64,000 nucleotides of DNA from Candidatus Bathyarchaeota archaeon. Its GTDB lineage: Archaea; Thermoproteota; Bathyarchaeia; 40CM-2-53-6. The translations under genes were made by a program, and so were the position numbers. The stretch is taken from positions 75,671 through 139,670 of the forward strand of contig VBBN01000035.1 of assembly GCA_005888735.1 (NCBI GenBank), in the 5' to 3' direction. Positions 50,665 to 60,152 of this stretch are shown here, one piece after another; within the stretch, counting starts at the first letter, position 1, and the number at the start of each line of letters is the position of its first letter. The notes under the pieces were generated by a model. That model was not told the origin of the DNA. It ran no database searches and was given only the letters and a program-made list of their open reading frames with translations.

Positions 50665-51630
50665 TTGTCAGGAGCGAAACAGCTACTCCACCTCATTCAG
50701 AGCCGCGAGACTGGGACTGACTCCTCCGAAGTTCCAGTCAGCCGTCCGGCCCGCCTGAAGATTGGGGACGTTGTCGCGCTATACGAGTCTGTGGGGCATC
50801 GAGACAGCGACTACTTGGATTGGCTGCACGAGGTCTACTCCTCTATGGCGCTTCCTTGTGTGGCTCCAGAGTATAGACAGGTTATCGGGGAAGACAAAAC
50901 AAAATACACCGTGTTCGACATCATGGCCGATGACCTGGCCGATAACTTCGTCACCAGAAGCAGATTCCTACTCGAGGACTTCGTAAGAATTCCATGGCAC
51001 AATGCAGTTGAGAAACACGACTATATCGACATCGGCCGAGCCATTTGGGATGACTTCATTAGGTCAGTTCAGAAGTATCCCAGATACAAGGAACTCGAGG
51101 GAATTTTCTACTTCGACTTACGCCAAGTCCTCTCCTCGATAGAGTACAGTTCACTCATCAACACTTTCGGCCTCGACAACCCATTCGAACTGAGCCAACA
51201 TTCTCCATACGGCGTCGCCGTAATTCTTTTCGTGGACATGGACCTAATGTGCATGCCCGAGTTTGACCTGAAAGAACTTAGGACGATGAGATCAATCTCC
51301 TTCCTTGCCCAGAAAGTCGCCCACATCGCAAACATCCTTGGCACTTACCCACGAGAGGTCTTAGAGAAAGACATGTCCTCCCCAATAATCTCACTCGCCG
51401 TGAGAAAGGGCATTATCACCAAAGACGAGCTAGGCGACAGGGCCGTCCTTCAAAAACTGAAACAGTTGGAATGGATTTACCGCAGCAAAGCTCTCTCCTA
51501 CGCGGAGAAGATTTCGACGTACGAGAAGCAGATTCGAAGTGTTAACATCCGAGGATTCTCGCAGATGCTAGGGGACTTGGTCGCAAGATGGGGGACGAGC
51601 CCTGAGGCCTCGATTGCTATCCAAGGATAG
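50665..51630 (+). CDS. Class I terpene synthase/isoprenoid-synthase-fold protein
   Basis: Helical-looking 321-aa protein with DDxxD (DIMADDLADN) and, ~135 aa later, an NSE/DTE-like motif NILGTYPRE (NxxxTxxxE). Confidence 0.65.
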   Translation: MSGAKQLLHLIQSRETGTDSSEVPVSRPARLKIGDVVALYESVGHRDSDYLDWLHEVYSSMALPCVAPEYRQVIGEDKTKYTVFDIMADDLADNFVTRSRFLLEDFVRIPWHNAVEKHDYIDIGRAIWDDFIRSVQKYPRYKELEGIFYFDLRQVLSSIEYSSLINTFGLDNPFELSQHSPYGVAVILFVDMDLMCMPEFDLKELRTMRSISFLAQKVAHIANILGTYPREVLEKDMSSPIISLAVRKGIITKDELGDRAVLQKLKQLEWIYRSKALSYAEKISTYEKQIRSVNIRGFSQMLGDLVARWGTSPEASIAIQG

Positions 51631-51644
51631 GAGCTTCGAGGATT

Positions 51645-53447
51645 CTACGCCGAGAGTGCCATCTTCTTTCTGACCTCCGGAATCCGAGTTTCTGGATGGC
51701 AGACAATCTCCATGTCGAACAGATTCTCGAACGTTGACACAGTTTTTTGATCGTGCGCTCCAGGATTCATGAGGTAGACAGCTGTAATCTTGTCCGATAT
51801 CATCAGCTCTAGAGATTGGCGGACGAACGATTGAGTTTTGTCGGCTCCCATTGTGAAGACATAGTGGGACATGTTATCGAAGATTACGGTAAAAGAAGCG
51901 CCCTTGTATGTCTCGATAGTTTTGTTGAGTGCGTCTAGCAAGAGGGAGGTATCAAAGGCAGGCAAGAGGAATCGGTCGCGGGCCTCCAGTTTCGGATATG
52001 AAACCTTGGATGTCAGGATGAACACTTTCAATCTCGGTTCCTCTCCGACGAGAGCGTAGACTGGGCTATCCTTTCTCGTGAAGACGACAATTCCTTCGAA
52101 GTTCGAAGTCGATTCTGCCACGAGAGAGCGAATTACCCTGTCGTAGTCAGAGAGGGGATCGTATTCGAGTAGAATCTTCCGTCCTGCTATTTCTTGATGG
52201 GAAAGTCCTACCCCTTTTGAAAAAGTCTCGATTCCCTCTGTTAGGTCAATGACTTGCACTCGGGACTTCAAAAGGTCGAGTGCATCCTGTTGACCTTGAA
52301 AAGCGCCAGCTTGAAACATCATCATAATATCCAGAAAGTGATCGCTTGTTGACCATCGAGGACTTGCCAGATGGTCGGCAAACCTTTGCCAAGGTTTCGG
52401 AGCATAGTCCCCAAAATCGATTATCAATCGGAGCGCGTTCTTGTCCGTGGCTCTTGCCTCTGAGACGAGCTGTTGAGAGAAAGATAGTGCTGCTTCCTCG
52501 TCAAGCCTTCCCCCATTTTCATAGAGACTGCCCAGTGAGATGAAACGAAGGTCTCCTTTTGTGATAAGGTGCCGCACATTAACACCTTCCTTGGTGAGGT
52601 GTTCGCGAATCACGGATTCGTCGTCGTGAAAGAAGAATACGATTCGAGCATTCTGGGTCAAGCCCTCATTGATGTAGCGGGAGACCGGCGCCACCCTCTC
52701 CCTATTGTTGGAATAGATGACCGCTATGCGGTCTGTTAGCTTCAATCCTAGATGTGTGGGACCTGAAGTCAGGAAGGCCTTGAGGAAGCTTGGTTTTCGG
52801 AAAGCGTTGACTACGACCGCCAGTAGTGCGGTGGAAACTAGATTAGCGACGCCTTCTAGGCTGACCCCTAGGGTGTTCAGAGCGCCTGCTGCTAGTATGA
52901 GGGTTGAAATGAATCCGAATATTGTGGCAATTACCCATAGTGCTGACCGGACTTCCTCGTCTTTGAGCTGGGATCTTAAGTAACCAAGTACTATCAGCGG
53001 ATATCCGACGAAGGCTACAATTACGCTGGTTCCAATGGCTAGAAACAGCGGACTGTAGCCGACAACTCTGAATGGAGTACCTGAAAGTAGATAATCAGCC
53101 GTCTTCGTCGGACTGGTGTCAAACGCTTGGGGGAGAGCCCAGGATACTGTCAGCGTTGTTATCAGGGGAATCAGATAGACTATGAAGATGTAGTGAATGC
53201 GTCGGCTTGGCCTCAGTATCGAGCTTAGTGAGAACCGTTCAGGATGAAGGTAAAGCCTAGTAGCGAGATATCCCCACAATACCGCGATAAGGACGGCGCT
53301 AAGGATCATTATTTGAGTCGAGAATAACAGCACATCTTTGTCGGGGTCCGTTAAAAGGACGAGCTCTCTGGCCGGAAACGCCAGGAACGCAACGTAGATC
53401 GCGATGAAGTAGTTGCGATACGGCCTAAAGTAGGACGTAGAGTTCAT
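51645..53447 (-). CDS. Membrane sensor: ~6 TM + MEDS domain + inactive RecA/KaiC-like (DUF835-like) domain
   Basis: TM region 1-215; MEDS pattern IAVIY...YINEGL...GDLRF...Y..GGRLD...ALRLIIDF; C-terminal ILLEYDP...VIFDNMS...LMNPGAHD...FENLFD without Walker A. Confidence 0.75.
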   Translation of the reverse strand: MNSTSYFRPYRNYFIAIYVAFLAFPARELVLLTDPDKDVLLFSTQIMILSAVLIAVLWGYLATRLYLHPERFSLSSILRPSRRIHYIFIVYLIPLITTLTVSWALPQAFDTSPTKTADYLLSGTPFRVVGYSPLFLAIGTSVIVAFVGYPLIVLGYLRSQLKDEEVRSALWVIATIFGFISTLILAAGALNTLGVSLEGVANLVSTALLAVVVNAFRKPSFLKAFLTSGPTHLGLKLTDRIAVIYSNNRERVAPVSRYINEGLTQNARIVFFFHDDESVIREHLTKEGVNVRHLITKGDLRFISLGSLYENGGRLDEEAALSFSQQLVSEARATDKNALRLIIDFGDYAPKPWQRFADHLASPRWSTSDHFLDIMMMFQAGAFQGQQDALDLLKSRVQVIDLTEGIETFSKGVGLSHQEIAGRKILLEYDPLSDYDRVIRSLVAESTSNFEGIVVFTRKDSPVYALVGEEPRLKVFILTSKVSYPKLEARDRFLLPAFDTSLLLDALNKTIETYKGASFTVIFDNMSHYVFTMGADKTQSFVRQSLELMISDKITAVYLMNPGAHDQKTVSTFENLFDMEIVCHPETRIPEVRKKMALSA

Positions 53448-53654
53448 GTAGAGAAAGAGAATTATCGGCGCGTCCGCTATTACGGCGGCAACATTTAGAG
53501 CTACGTCTACGGTAGGAATCGTATTCTTCAGCCTCTAGTTTTGCAAACGCCAGCATTTTCTCCCGCCGGCTTCGCACCCTCCTGAGGAGGGCGACACTCA
53601 GAGCGCTGGCTGGTTAGAATCTTGTTACCAAAGAGCCCAAGCAGCAGTTACCGA

Positions 53655-54683
53655 CTAGGCGACTTCGGGCAGTCCGAGGGATTTGGCTGCCGCCTTGAGA
53701 TCCCGCATTCTACTTCGTATCGTGACTTCTGAGACGCCTGCCGCTTTAGCAAGGTCTCTCTGCATTACCATCGACCCCCTGATACGTGCAGCGAGGTCCA
53801 ACGCCGCAGCTGCGAGTCCGTCGGGGTCCTTGCCAACATTCACGCGCAGCCGTATTGCTTCGCGGAGAATCTTTCCCGCAAGCATTTCTGTCTGCGAGTC
53901 CGCTCCTGCTCTAGACGATATCTTGGAGACCCGTTTCAGCGGGTCTTCGATGGCCATTGTTACGTCTAGAGATCGGACTAGTGCTCGATAATAGTGAGCT
54001 AGAAGCTTCCGGCTCATCCCGGAGGCCTTAGCTATCTCGCTTAGGGAGCGCGGAACATCTGTTAGTCTGCACGCAGCGTAGGTTGACGCCGCTACCATAC
54101 CATTGATCGGACGACCTCTAACGAGCCCCTTGTTCAAGGCCCGACGATACATTAACGCCGCTCGTTCTGTTACAACCTCAGGAAGGTTCAGCCGCCCGGC
54201 AAGTCCTCGAAGCTGGCTCATGGCTCGCGAGAGGTTTCGCGCCATGGAGGAGCCTGCTGAGGCTCTTAGCTGAGTACGTCTTAGTCGCCAGAGTTGGAGT
54301 CGTTCGTCGGCGCTCAGCGACCTGTTCGATGCCTGGGCCCTCGAGATTATTGTGGAGAGGTTCTTGTCAAAGGCTGAGAATCGTCCGGGGGGCCCGGACT
54401 GGCTCTCTAGTAGTCCTTCCTCGGTGCGTCGGGGGACTGGGGGGGCATACTGTTCGGTCGGGTCGGACAGGACGAAGCCGCAGTTTGTGCATATGACCTC
54501 GCCCGTTTCAGCGTCCCTGACTAGGCTGGAGCTTCCGCACTGGGGGCATACGTAGTGGCCGACTTCGTCTCTAGTCTTTGGCCTTCTACTCATTATGGTG
54601 CCCGCCGCCGGGAATGACTGCGGAGCCTTGGCTGGGAGGACTCCGGTTTTCCGTTCCTGGGTAACGCTGGAGGTCCCTGCCAT
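53655..54683 (-). CDS. tfb: Transcription initiation factor IIB paralog
   Basis: Zn ribbon CPQCGS...GEVICTNCG, two cyclin repeats (GLVRGR, GKDPDGLAAAAL), HTH QRDLAKAAGVSEVTIR. Confidence 0.92.
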   Translation of the reverse strand: MAGTSSVTQERKTGVLPAKAPQSFPAAGTIMSRRPKTRDEVGHYVCPQCGSSSLVRDAETGEVICTNCGFVLSDPTEQYAPPVPRRTEEGLLESQSGPPGRFSAFDKNLSTIISRAQASNRSLSADERLQLWRLRRTQLRASAGSSMARNLSRAMSQLRGLAGRLNLPEVVTERAALMYRRALNKGLVRGRPINGMVAASTYAACRLTDVPRSLSEIAKASGMSRKLLAHYYRALVRSLDVTMAIEDPLKRVSKISSRAGADSQTEMLAGKILREAIRLRVNVGKDPDGLAAAALDLAARIRGSMVMQRDLAKAAGVSEVTIRSRMRDLKAAAKSLGLPEVA

Positions 54684-54741
54684 TGCTGGTTTATCTAGTG
54701 CCGGGTGCCCCTCATGAAGCTTGTTACCCCTTTAAAGGTCG

Positions 54742-55143
54742 ATGGCAATGCCCAACGAGTACGTTCCAGGAAAATGTAACATCGGGCACAGGGGACGGGC
54801 CACGCGATTCTCCACAGGAATTATCATACTGGGGATTTCAGGCGTCTTCGGATTCCTCTTTCTTAGGGACGCTGCTCCCAGCATTGTCCGGCTGATCCTT
54901 GTCCTACCCTTCTACGGGGGCCTGATTTCAATTCTTGAGGGAACCATGTCATTTTGCGTCTTTCACGCCGCAAGAGGTACGTACGACCTTCACGAAGAGA
55001 CATGGCGAACAGGCAGGTCTAAGACAAGGGTTGAAATCCCCTCTGACGAATGGAGAAGAGCCGACAGGCGAAAGGCTCGATTCATGCACGCAGAGGCCAT
55101 TCTAGGAGCCATTGTGTTGACGGCAGCCGTCTTCTTTGCCTAG
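54742..55143 (+). CDS. Small membrane protein
   Basis: YVPGKCNIG N-terminus, FCV motif, 3 TM helices; divergent from tfb across a TTTAAA box at 54731. Confidence 0.75.
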   Translation: MAMPNEYVPGKCNIGHRGRATRFSTGIIILGISGVFGFLFLRDAAPSIVRLILVLPFYGGLISILEGTMSFCVFHAARGTYDLHEETWRTGRSKTRVEIPSDEWRRADRRKARFMHAEAILGAIVLTAAVFFA

Positions 55144-56285
55144 GCAACCGGCAGAACAGGAGAGACCGGGATCCGTGAAGGCGAAAACCTTGCGATATCG
55201 AAACTGTTCTGCTCCCCGACCGCCAGCTCCGCTAGAAGCTTACCGATCAATATGGCGAACTTGAAACCGTGTCCTGAGAACCCGTACCCGTAAACAATGC
55301 TCGCGTGTTTAGGATCGCGGCCAATGACAAAATCAGAGTCTTTAGTCATGTCGTAGAGACAGACCTTGGTTGAGAGCACTGGTTTGTCCGCAAGTTCCGG
55401 AACGAAGCGTTGGCAGACCTTTCTGCACTCTTCGACAGTGGCTGGGTCGACAGTTCTCTCGGCTTCGCTCGGGTCGACGGGTGTCCAGACTCCTTTGTGC
55501 GACACTTTGACTCCTTCGATTCCGGCCGCTGGTAGGCCGTAATATTGGTCCGCGAAGAAGACCGGAAACTTCGGTGACCGGTAATTGCTTATTCTGGTTT
55601 CTGGGTTGAAGTAGACGACCTGCTGGCGTGTTGAGGTGATTTCCACCATGTTCTCGCGGCGTAGCGGGTTGGACCAGGGTCCGGCGGCTATGACTGCAGC
55701 ACCGCATTTGACGTCACTTGCGTTTTTCGTCTGAATTATCACCGAACTATCTGAGGCGATTGATGTGACATGCGTGTTGTCGAGAATTTGAACGCCGCTT
55801 TCTCTCGCTCGGGAGGATAACAGGCTGAGACACTTCGAGGCGAGGAGCGTGCCAGCATTTGGATCGAAAACCGCCTCGGTCGATGCGAACTGTGGGAAGC
55901 GTCTCTTCATGTCTCGAGCCTCAAGCCATTCTGCACCGAGCTTGCTTTGGGTGAGGGTGCGGTAACTGCTCTTGTTGAAATTGTTCGAGTTCTCGTCTTC
56001 TCCCATAAGCATGAGCAGACCGGAGGGAGCGAGAAGACTCTCTCCTGTCTCCTTTTCCAGGCTTACCCATAACCTGCGGCTTTCGACCGCCATTTTGGTG
56101 TAGAAGACGTTCGCACCATAGGAGTACCGGAAAACACGATTTGCATCGTTTGAGCTGCAGTAGCTGTTCAACAATGAGTACTGGTCGATGAGGATCGTCT
56201 TGAGGCTAGGATTCTTGCTGAGCCAGTACGCCGCTGCAGAACCCATTATCCCAGCTCCAACGATACAAACGTCGGCTTCGATCAT
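55140..56285 (-). CDS. FAD-dependent oxidoreductase, sarcosine oxidase/SolA-like
   Basis: IVGAGIMG, NRVFRYSY, IAAGPW, CLYDMTKDSDFVIG, GFSGHGFKF; start ATG 56285. Confidence 0.92.
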   Translation of the reverse strand: MIEADVCIVGAGIMGSAAAYWLSKNPSLKTILIDQYSLLNSYCSSNDANRVFRYSYGANVFYTKMAVESRRLWVSLEKETGESLLAPSGLLMLMGEDENSNNFNKSSYRTLTQSKLGAEWLEARDMKRRFPQFASTEAVFDPNAGTLLASKCLSLLSSRARESGVQILDNTHVTSIASDSSVIIQTKNASDVKCGAAVIAAGPWSNPLRRENMVEITSTRQQVVYFNPETRISNYRSPKFPVFFADQYYGLPAAGIEGVKVSHKGVWTPVDPSEAERTVDPATVEECRKVCQRFVPELADKPVLSTKVCLYDMTKDSDFVIGRDPKHASIVYGYGFSGHGFKFAILIGKLLAELAVGEQNSFDIARFSPSRIPVSPVLPVA

Positions 56286-56527
56286 TGTGCTTCGAAACAA
56301 TGCATGCATCAGCCTCTTATCACACTTCACGTGACCTAGCACTCCCGGAAGGGCAACACAATCGCTCAGCCGTGGTAACAGAAGGAAGAAAAGAGGTTCA
56401 GTCGACGAAAATATTGTCGGGCCAGAATCGCCCCGCCATTCGCGTGTAATAGTCAATGCTGAACCTGGCGATGAAATACATAGCGCTGTTGAGAGCAGGT
56501 TCCCGAAGGTGGATGTAGGCGGGACCC

Positions 56528-57187
56528 ATGTCATTCTGGCTGAGTTCACTCGTACTCCCTGAAGACGTTCTGGAACATCTCGGGAAAGCAAGTGGTCACT
56601 TAGTTCCCTCTGACATTGAAGGACTAGTCTCCGTCCTCAGAAATCAAAGGACAATCATAGCGGCTAAGCATGAATCGTTGAAACATGATTACGAGTCGTA
56701 TTTGCGCTTCTGTACGTCGCTCGGGTTGGACCCGGGTGAGGTTCAATCCTCGGTAAGAAAGTTTGAGACTTTGAACCCCAGAGCCCTCGTTGGCACCATG
56801 GAGCCTGACGGCCAAGTTGACATTCTCAAGGGCATACCGGTCACATTTAGTGAGATGGACCGCCTCCGAGGCTTTGAGCAGACTTTGAAGGACCTGGATG
56901 GGCTAATCGACCTGCTGTCAAGGATCAGAGAACGATTCTCCGTAGGGGAGAAGAATAACGAGGACGTGTTGCGTCTGTTTATCGTATCGTCCGGAAAGGG
57001 AGTAAGCTTCAGGCTTGTCTACGAGCCTTTCTCTAGCGCGAGGATGAAACACTCTCGAGACCTTACTACAAAGAAGAGCATGAGAGTTCAGCCTAGCTCT
57101 TCAAGCAACCTTGACGTGCAACGGTGGATCGAGTATGGACAAAGAGCTCTTCTAGAAAATGCCTCTAAGGCCAGCGCAGCGGTTTAG
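56528..57187 (+). CDS. Hypothetical protein (219 aa)
   Basis: Long helical-looking ORF filling the intergenic space; no recognised motif. Confidence 0.65.
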   Translation: MSFWLSSLVLPEDVLEHLGKASGHLVPSDIEGLVSVLRNQRTIIAAKHESLKHDYESYLRFCTSLGLDPGEVQSSVRKFETLNPRALVGTMEPDGQVDILKGIPVTFSEMDRLRGFEQTLKDLDGLIDLLSRIRERFSVGEKNNEDVLRLFIVSSGKGVSFRLVYEPFSSARMKHSRDLTTKKSMRVQPSSSSNLDVQRWIEYGQRALLENASKASAAV

Positions 57188-57209
57188 GTTCGCAGGTCGG
57201 CGACTATAC

Positions 57210-58279
57210 CTAACTGCTGGGAGATGGGTTTCTCTGCTCAAGCTCGAGGAGTGCTCTCTTTCGCTTCTCCCCCCATCGATAGCCGCGCAGCTCTCCATCG
57301 GCACCGATTATTCGGTGACACGGGATTAGGAGTGCAACATGATTTGCTGCGCATGCTCGAGCAACCGCACGAGCTCCGCGAGGATTCCCGAGGGTCCGAG
57401 CCATTGCTGAGTAGGTAGAAAGGCCGTGGCGACAACGTCAATCGGTAAGTCTTCCGGCAGTTGCTGGCCCGCGAAATATTCCTTGAACTTGGAAGCCCAT
57501 TTGAAATTGGCTTGGTCAATTCTCCGCAGCTCAGCGAGCGGATAGTCCTCTGCGAGAGCTGTTTCAACCTCAACGTCTGAATTGCCGATGCACACGGTGC
57601 ATAGGCCCCGTTCAGTGGCTCCTAGCAGCAACCGTCCGAGTGGACAGTCGATAATCGTGTATTCGATCTGATACCCGTCCCCACCCCTTCGAACCTCGCC
57701 GGGACTCATACCGAACCTGCTGTGAGTTTTTTCGTACAGCCGGCTTCTCGAGGTGAAGCCTGCGTTGTAGAGTGCCTCGGTCACAGTCTCGCCTTTCTTC
57801 AGTAAGCGTCTCATCGAGGCGAGGCGACGAGCATCCACATACTCGCGCGGTGAGATTCCTAGAGCTTTCTTGAAAGTCCTTTGCAGATAGAACGGGCTGA
57901 CTCCTACTCGTGCGCTGATGTTGGGGAGGGTGAGTTTTCCTTCGAGATGCGTGTCTATGTACTTGCAGGCCCGACCGACGAACGCCGTCTTCGACGACGT
58001 ATGGTTATCTCGCGGTTTGCAGCGCTCACATGGCCGGTATCCTGACCGTTCCGCCTCGTCTGGTTCTGCGAAGAACACGATTTGGTTTGGCCGGGCCCGC
58101 CTGGCCGGGCACGATGGTTTGCAGTAGATTCTGGTCGAGCGAACCGCGAATACGAATGAACCGTCGGTACTCGCGTCTCTCGCTTGGATCGCGGCCCATT
58201 TTTCCTCGACAGTTTGAGGAACTTCACGGTTCGGAAATGCTCGGTCTGTTTCGTCCTTGCCCTGCTGGACAGTTAGCAT
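57210..58279 (-). pseudogene. ada: Bifunctional Ada (Zn/AraC + O6-methylguanine methyltransferase) broken by a deletion and frameshift
   Basis: IYCKPSC...GYRPCERCKP and AraC HTH; the frame breaks after DVVATAF (57417-57418). The remaining TYSAMAR...RAVARACAAN...IPCHRII is in another frame, and the usual QxxVWxALxxIPxGET segment is missing. Confidence 0.85.
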
Positions 58280-58409
58280 GCCTTGTCAACGGCCGTGACG
58301 AAATAAGTAGTTTGACTCCGAATCTTGCTGTCAAACTGCAGCAGGAGAGTGCATGGGCATTCAGGTTAGCTGTCGGCTTCGATGCGGGCATAAATACTGA
58401 GGATTCTGG

Positions 58410-58877
58410 ATGAGGTTTGTGTCTCCTGGGTGGAAGGTTAAGCCTCCGAAGACTGATTCTGAGTACTTCGAGCGTATGACCAAGGCCATTTTTACAGCCG
58501 GCCTGAGCTGGAAGATGATTGAGAACAAGTGGCCGAATTTCACAAAGCCCTTTTCAGGGTTCTCACCTATCAAAGTGAAGGGTTTCTCGGAGAAGGATAT
58601 TGGAGGATTGTTGAAGGATGAGGGTATAGTGAGGAACGAGCGGAAGATTCGTGCAACTGTGCACAACGCAAGCCAGTTTCTGCTACTGGGCAAGGAGTTT
58701 GGCTCATTCCGAGGATACCTTGACTCGTTCGGAAAAGATGAGGAGCGATTACAGACTGATCTTCGGGAGAGATTTCAACACCTAGGTCCCTCCACTGCGA
58801 GAATGTTCTTGTGGTCGTCCGGGTGCCCGCTTACTCCGAACCGTGAAGAGAAGAAATGGATGGCAAGCCACCGCTAA
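58410..58877 (+). CDS. tag: DNA-3-methyladenine glycosylase I-like protein
   Basis: YFERMTKAIFTAGLSW, F.GF, GIVRNERKI.ATVHNA, FQHLGPSTARMFL. Confidence 0.85.
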   Translation: MRFVSPGWKVKPPKTDSEYFERMTKAIFTAGLSWKMIENKWPNFTKPFSGFSPIKVKGFSEKDIGGLLKDEGIVRNERKIRATVHNASQFLLLGKEFGSFRGYLDSFGKDEERLQTDLRERFQHLGPSTARMFLWSSGCPLTPNREEKKWMASHR

Positions 58878-58890
58878 CCTAGCGCCATTC

Positions 58891-59075
58891 CAGAATCTCC
58901 ACTCTCACGTCTCAAACGGCCGCGTCCGTACCCGGTCGTTTTTTTATGAGCTGTTTTCTGTTTGGCGGAAGTTTCGGGTGATTTCCAGCTAACAGGGCGC
59001 AGAATAGGCGAGTCTAGAATTTTGACAGAGCGGAATCGTTAGCATTTTCCTTCAGACCTTCAAGGTGAGCGTAAG
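58891..59075 (-). repeat. Dispersed intergenic repeat A, copy 4
   Basis: Collinear with copy 3 over ~185 bp (ACAGGGCGCA, GGCGAGTCTAGA, TTTTGA, CGTTAGCA, TTTCCTTCAG). Confidence 0.9.
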
Positions 59076-59162
59076 CAATCGATGACAAAGGCGAAACAGG
59101 GCTGATTCTGGGCTTGTGACGCTGACGGGGCCACTGGATTACTTTCGCAATTTCTAATGAGG

Positions 59163-59756
59163 CTACCTCTTCTGTCCGAGCACAAAGAGAGGGGAAGCAG
59201 GAGAGTGAACGGGATCTTGCACGGTTTTGAACCAAAGGATGTCGAATCCGCCCTCCGTCATCATCCTCAGATTCGTCCCGTCATCGTAATGGCTCCAGTA
59301 CATCTGAGCGCCATGCCAATCGTCGATATCCTCCGGGAGGTCACCAGCCCCCAGACAAAGTAAGGCTAGTCCGCTTGGTTTCAGAATCCTGTGGAAATCT
59401 CTCAGCAATTTCGAGTGTTCATTGCATGGAACGTGGATGATCGCGTAGTATGAACATAGGGCGTCAAAGATGCCGCTCGTGAACGGCATGTTCGAGAGGT
59501 CTGCACAGACGAGTCTCGTATCTAGAGCTGTTCTCTTCGCAAGGCGAAGCTGTTCCTCGGCAAAGTCAACCCCTGTAACTTGGAGGGACTTGGCGAGGAA
59601 TTGGGCTACTGGATAGCCGGAACCGCATCCGGCGTCGAGCACCATTGCCCCCTTGGGCAAGCGCCTCACAAGCAGGTTCAGGAGTTGAACGTCTTCCGAG
59701 TCAGATGTTCTGGCTGCCACACAACTCGACGCGATCTTGTTGTATTCGGCTCTCAC
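59163..59756 (-). CDS. Class I SAM-dependent methyltransferase
   Basis: VLDAGCGSG, VTGVDF, FDA..SYYAIIHVP, RILKPSG. Confidence 0.9.
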   Translation of the reverse strand: MRAEYNKIASSCVAARTSDSEDVQLLNLLVRRLPKGAMVLDAGCGSGYPVAQFLAKSLQVTGVDFAEEQLRLAKRTALDTRLVCADLSNMPFTSGIFDALCSYYAIIHVPCNEHSKLLRDFHRILKPSGLALLCLGAGDLPEDIDDWHGAQMYWSHYDDGTNLRMMTEGGFDILWFKTVQDPVHSPASPLFVLGQKR

Positions 59757-60152
59757 AAGTCCTTAGCGTCCACGCCGATGCCTCCTCAATTATCGAGCTT
59801 TATTGAACACCATTGGTGCGGGGTGGGATTCGCGCACCAGTTTACCGGTAGATATAAGCCGGGGTGACCTTGGTCATGCTTTTGACCAGAATCCAGGCAG
59901 AGGTCCGAATCCGCCGCGATTCATACCCGAACGGGTATGCGTCCTAGTTTCAAGGGAATGACGGGCCCGGAGGTAATAGGTAATGGTAAAGACATCAGCA
60001 GTCGTGATGGACCCACATCTTTCAATGGTAAGGCGGAACGTGTAATCATAAAGACGCTGCCCTAGTTCCCGCACAGGTATTCTTTGACGATGTTCTATTG
60101 AATACGCGTTGGGCAGACTACTCACGAAGAGTCATAGTATGAACGGTCGGTA

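Noticed and set aside
56286-56591. Long N-terminal extensions in the ORF track (sarcosine oxidase; also DUF1428, bcp, PduO, Doc, Alba)
   Set aside because: Family-typical N-termini begin at downstream starts; the extensions run through promoter regions or neighbouring genes.
59874-60125. 83-aa ORF and perfect hairpin CATACCCG-AA-CGGGTATG at 59922-59939
   Set aside because: No recognisable motif, a single hairpin without U-tract, and no second copy; insufficient support.
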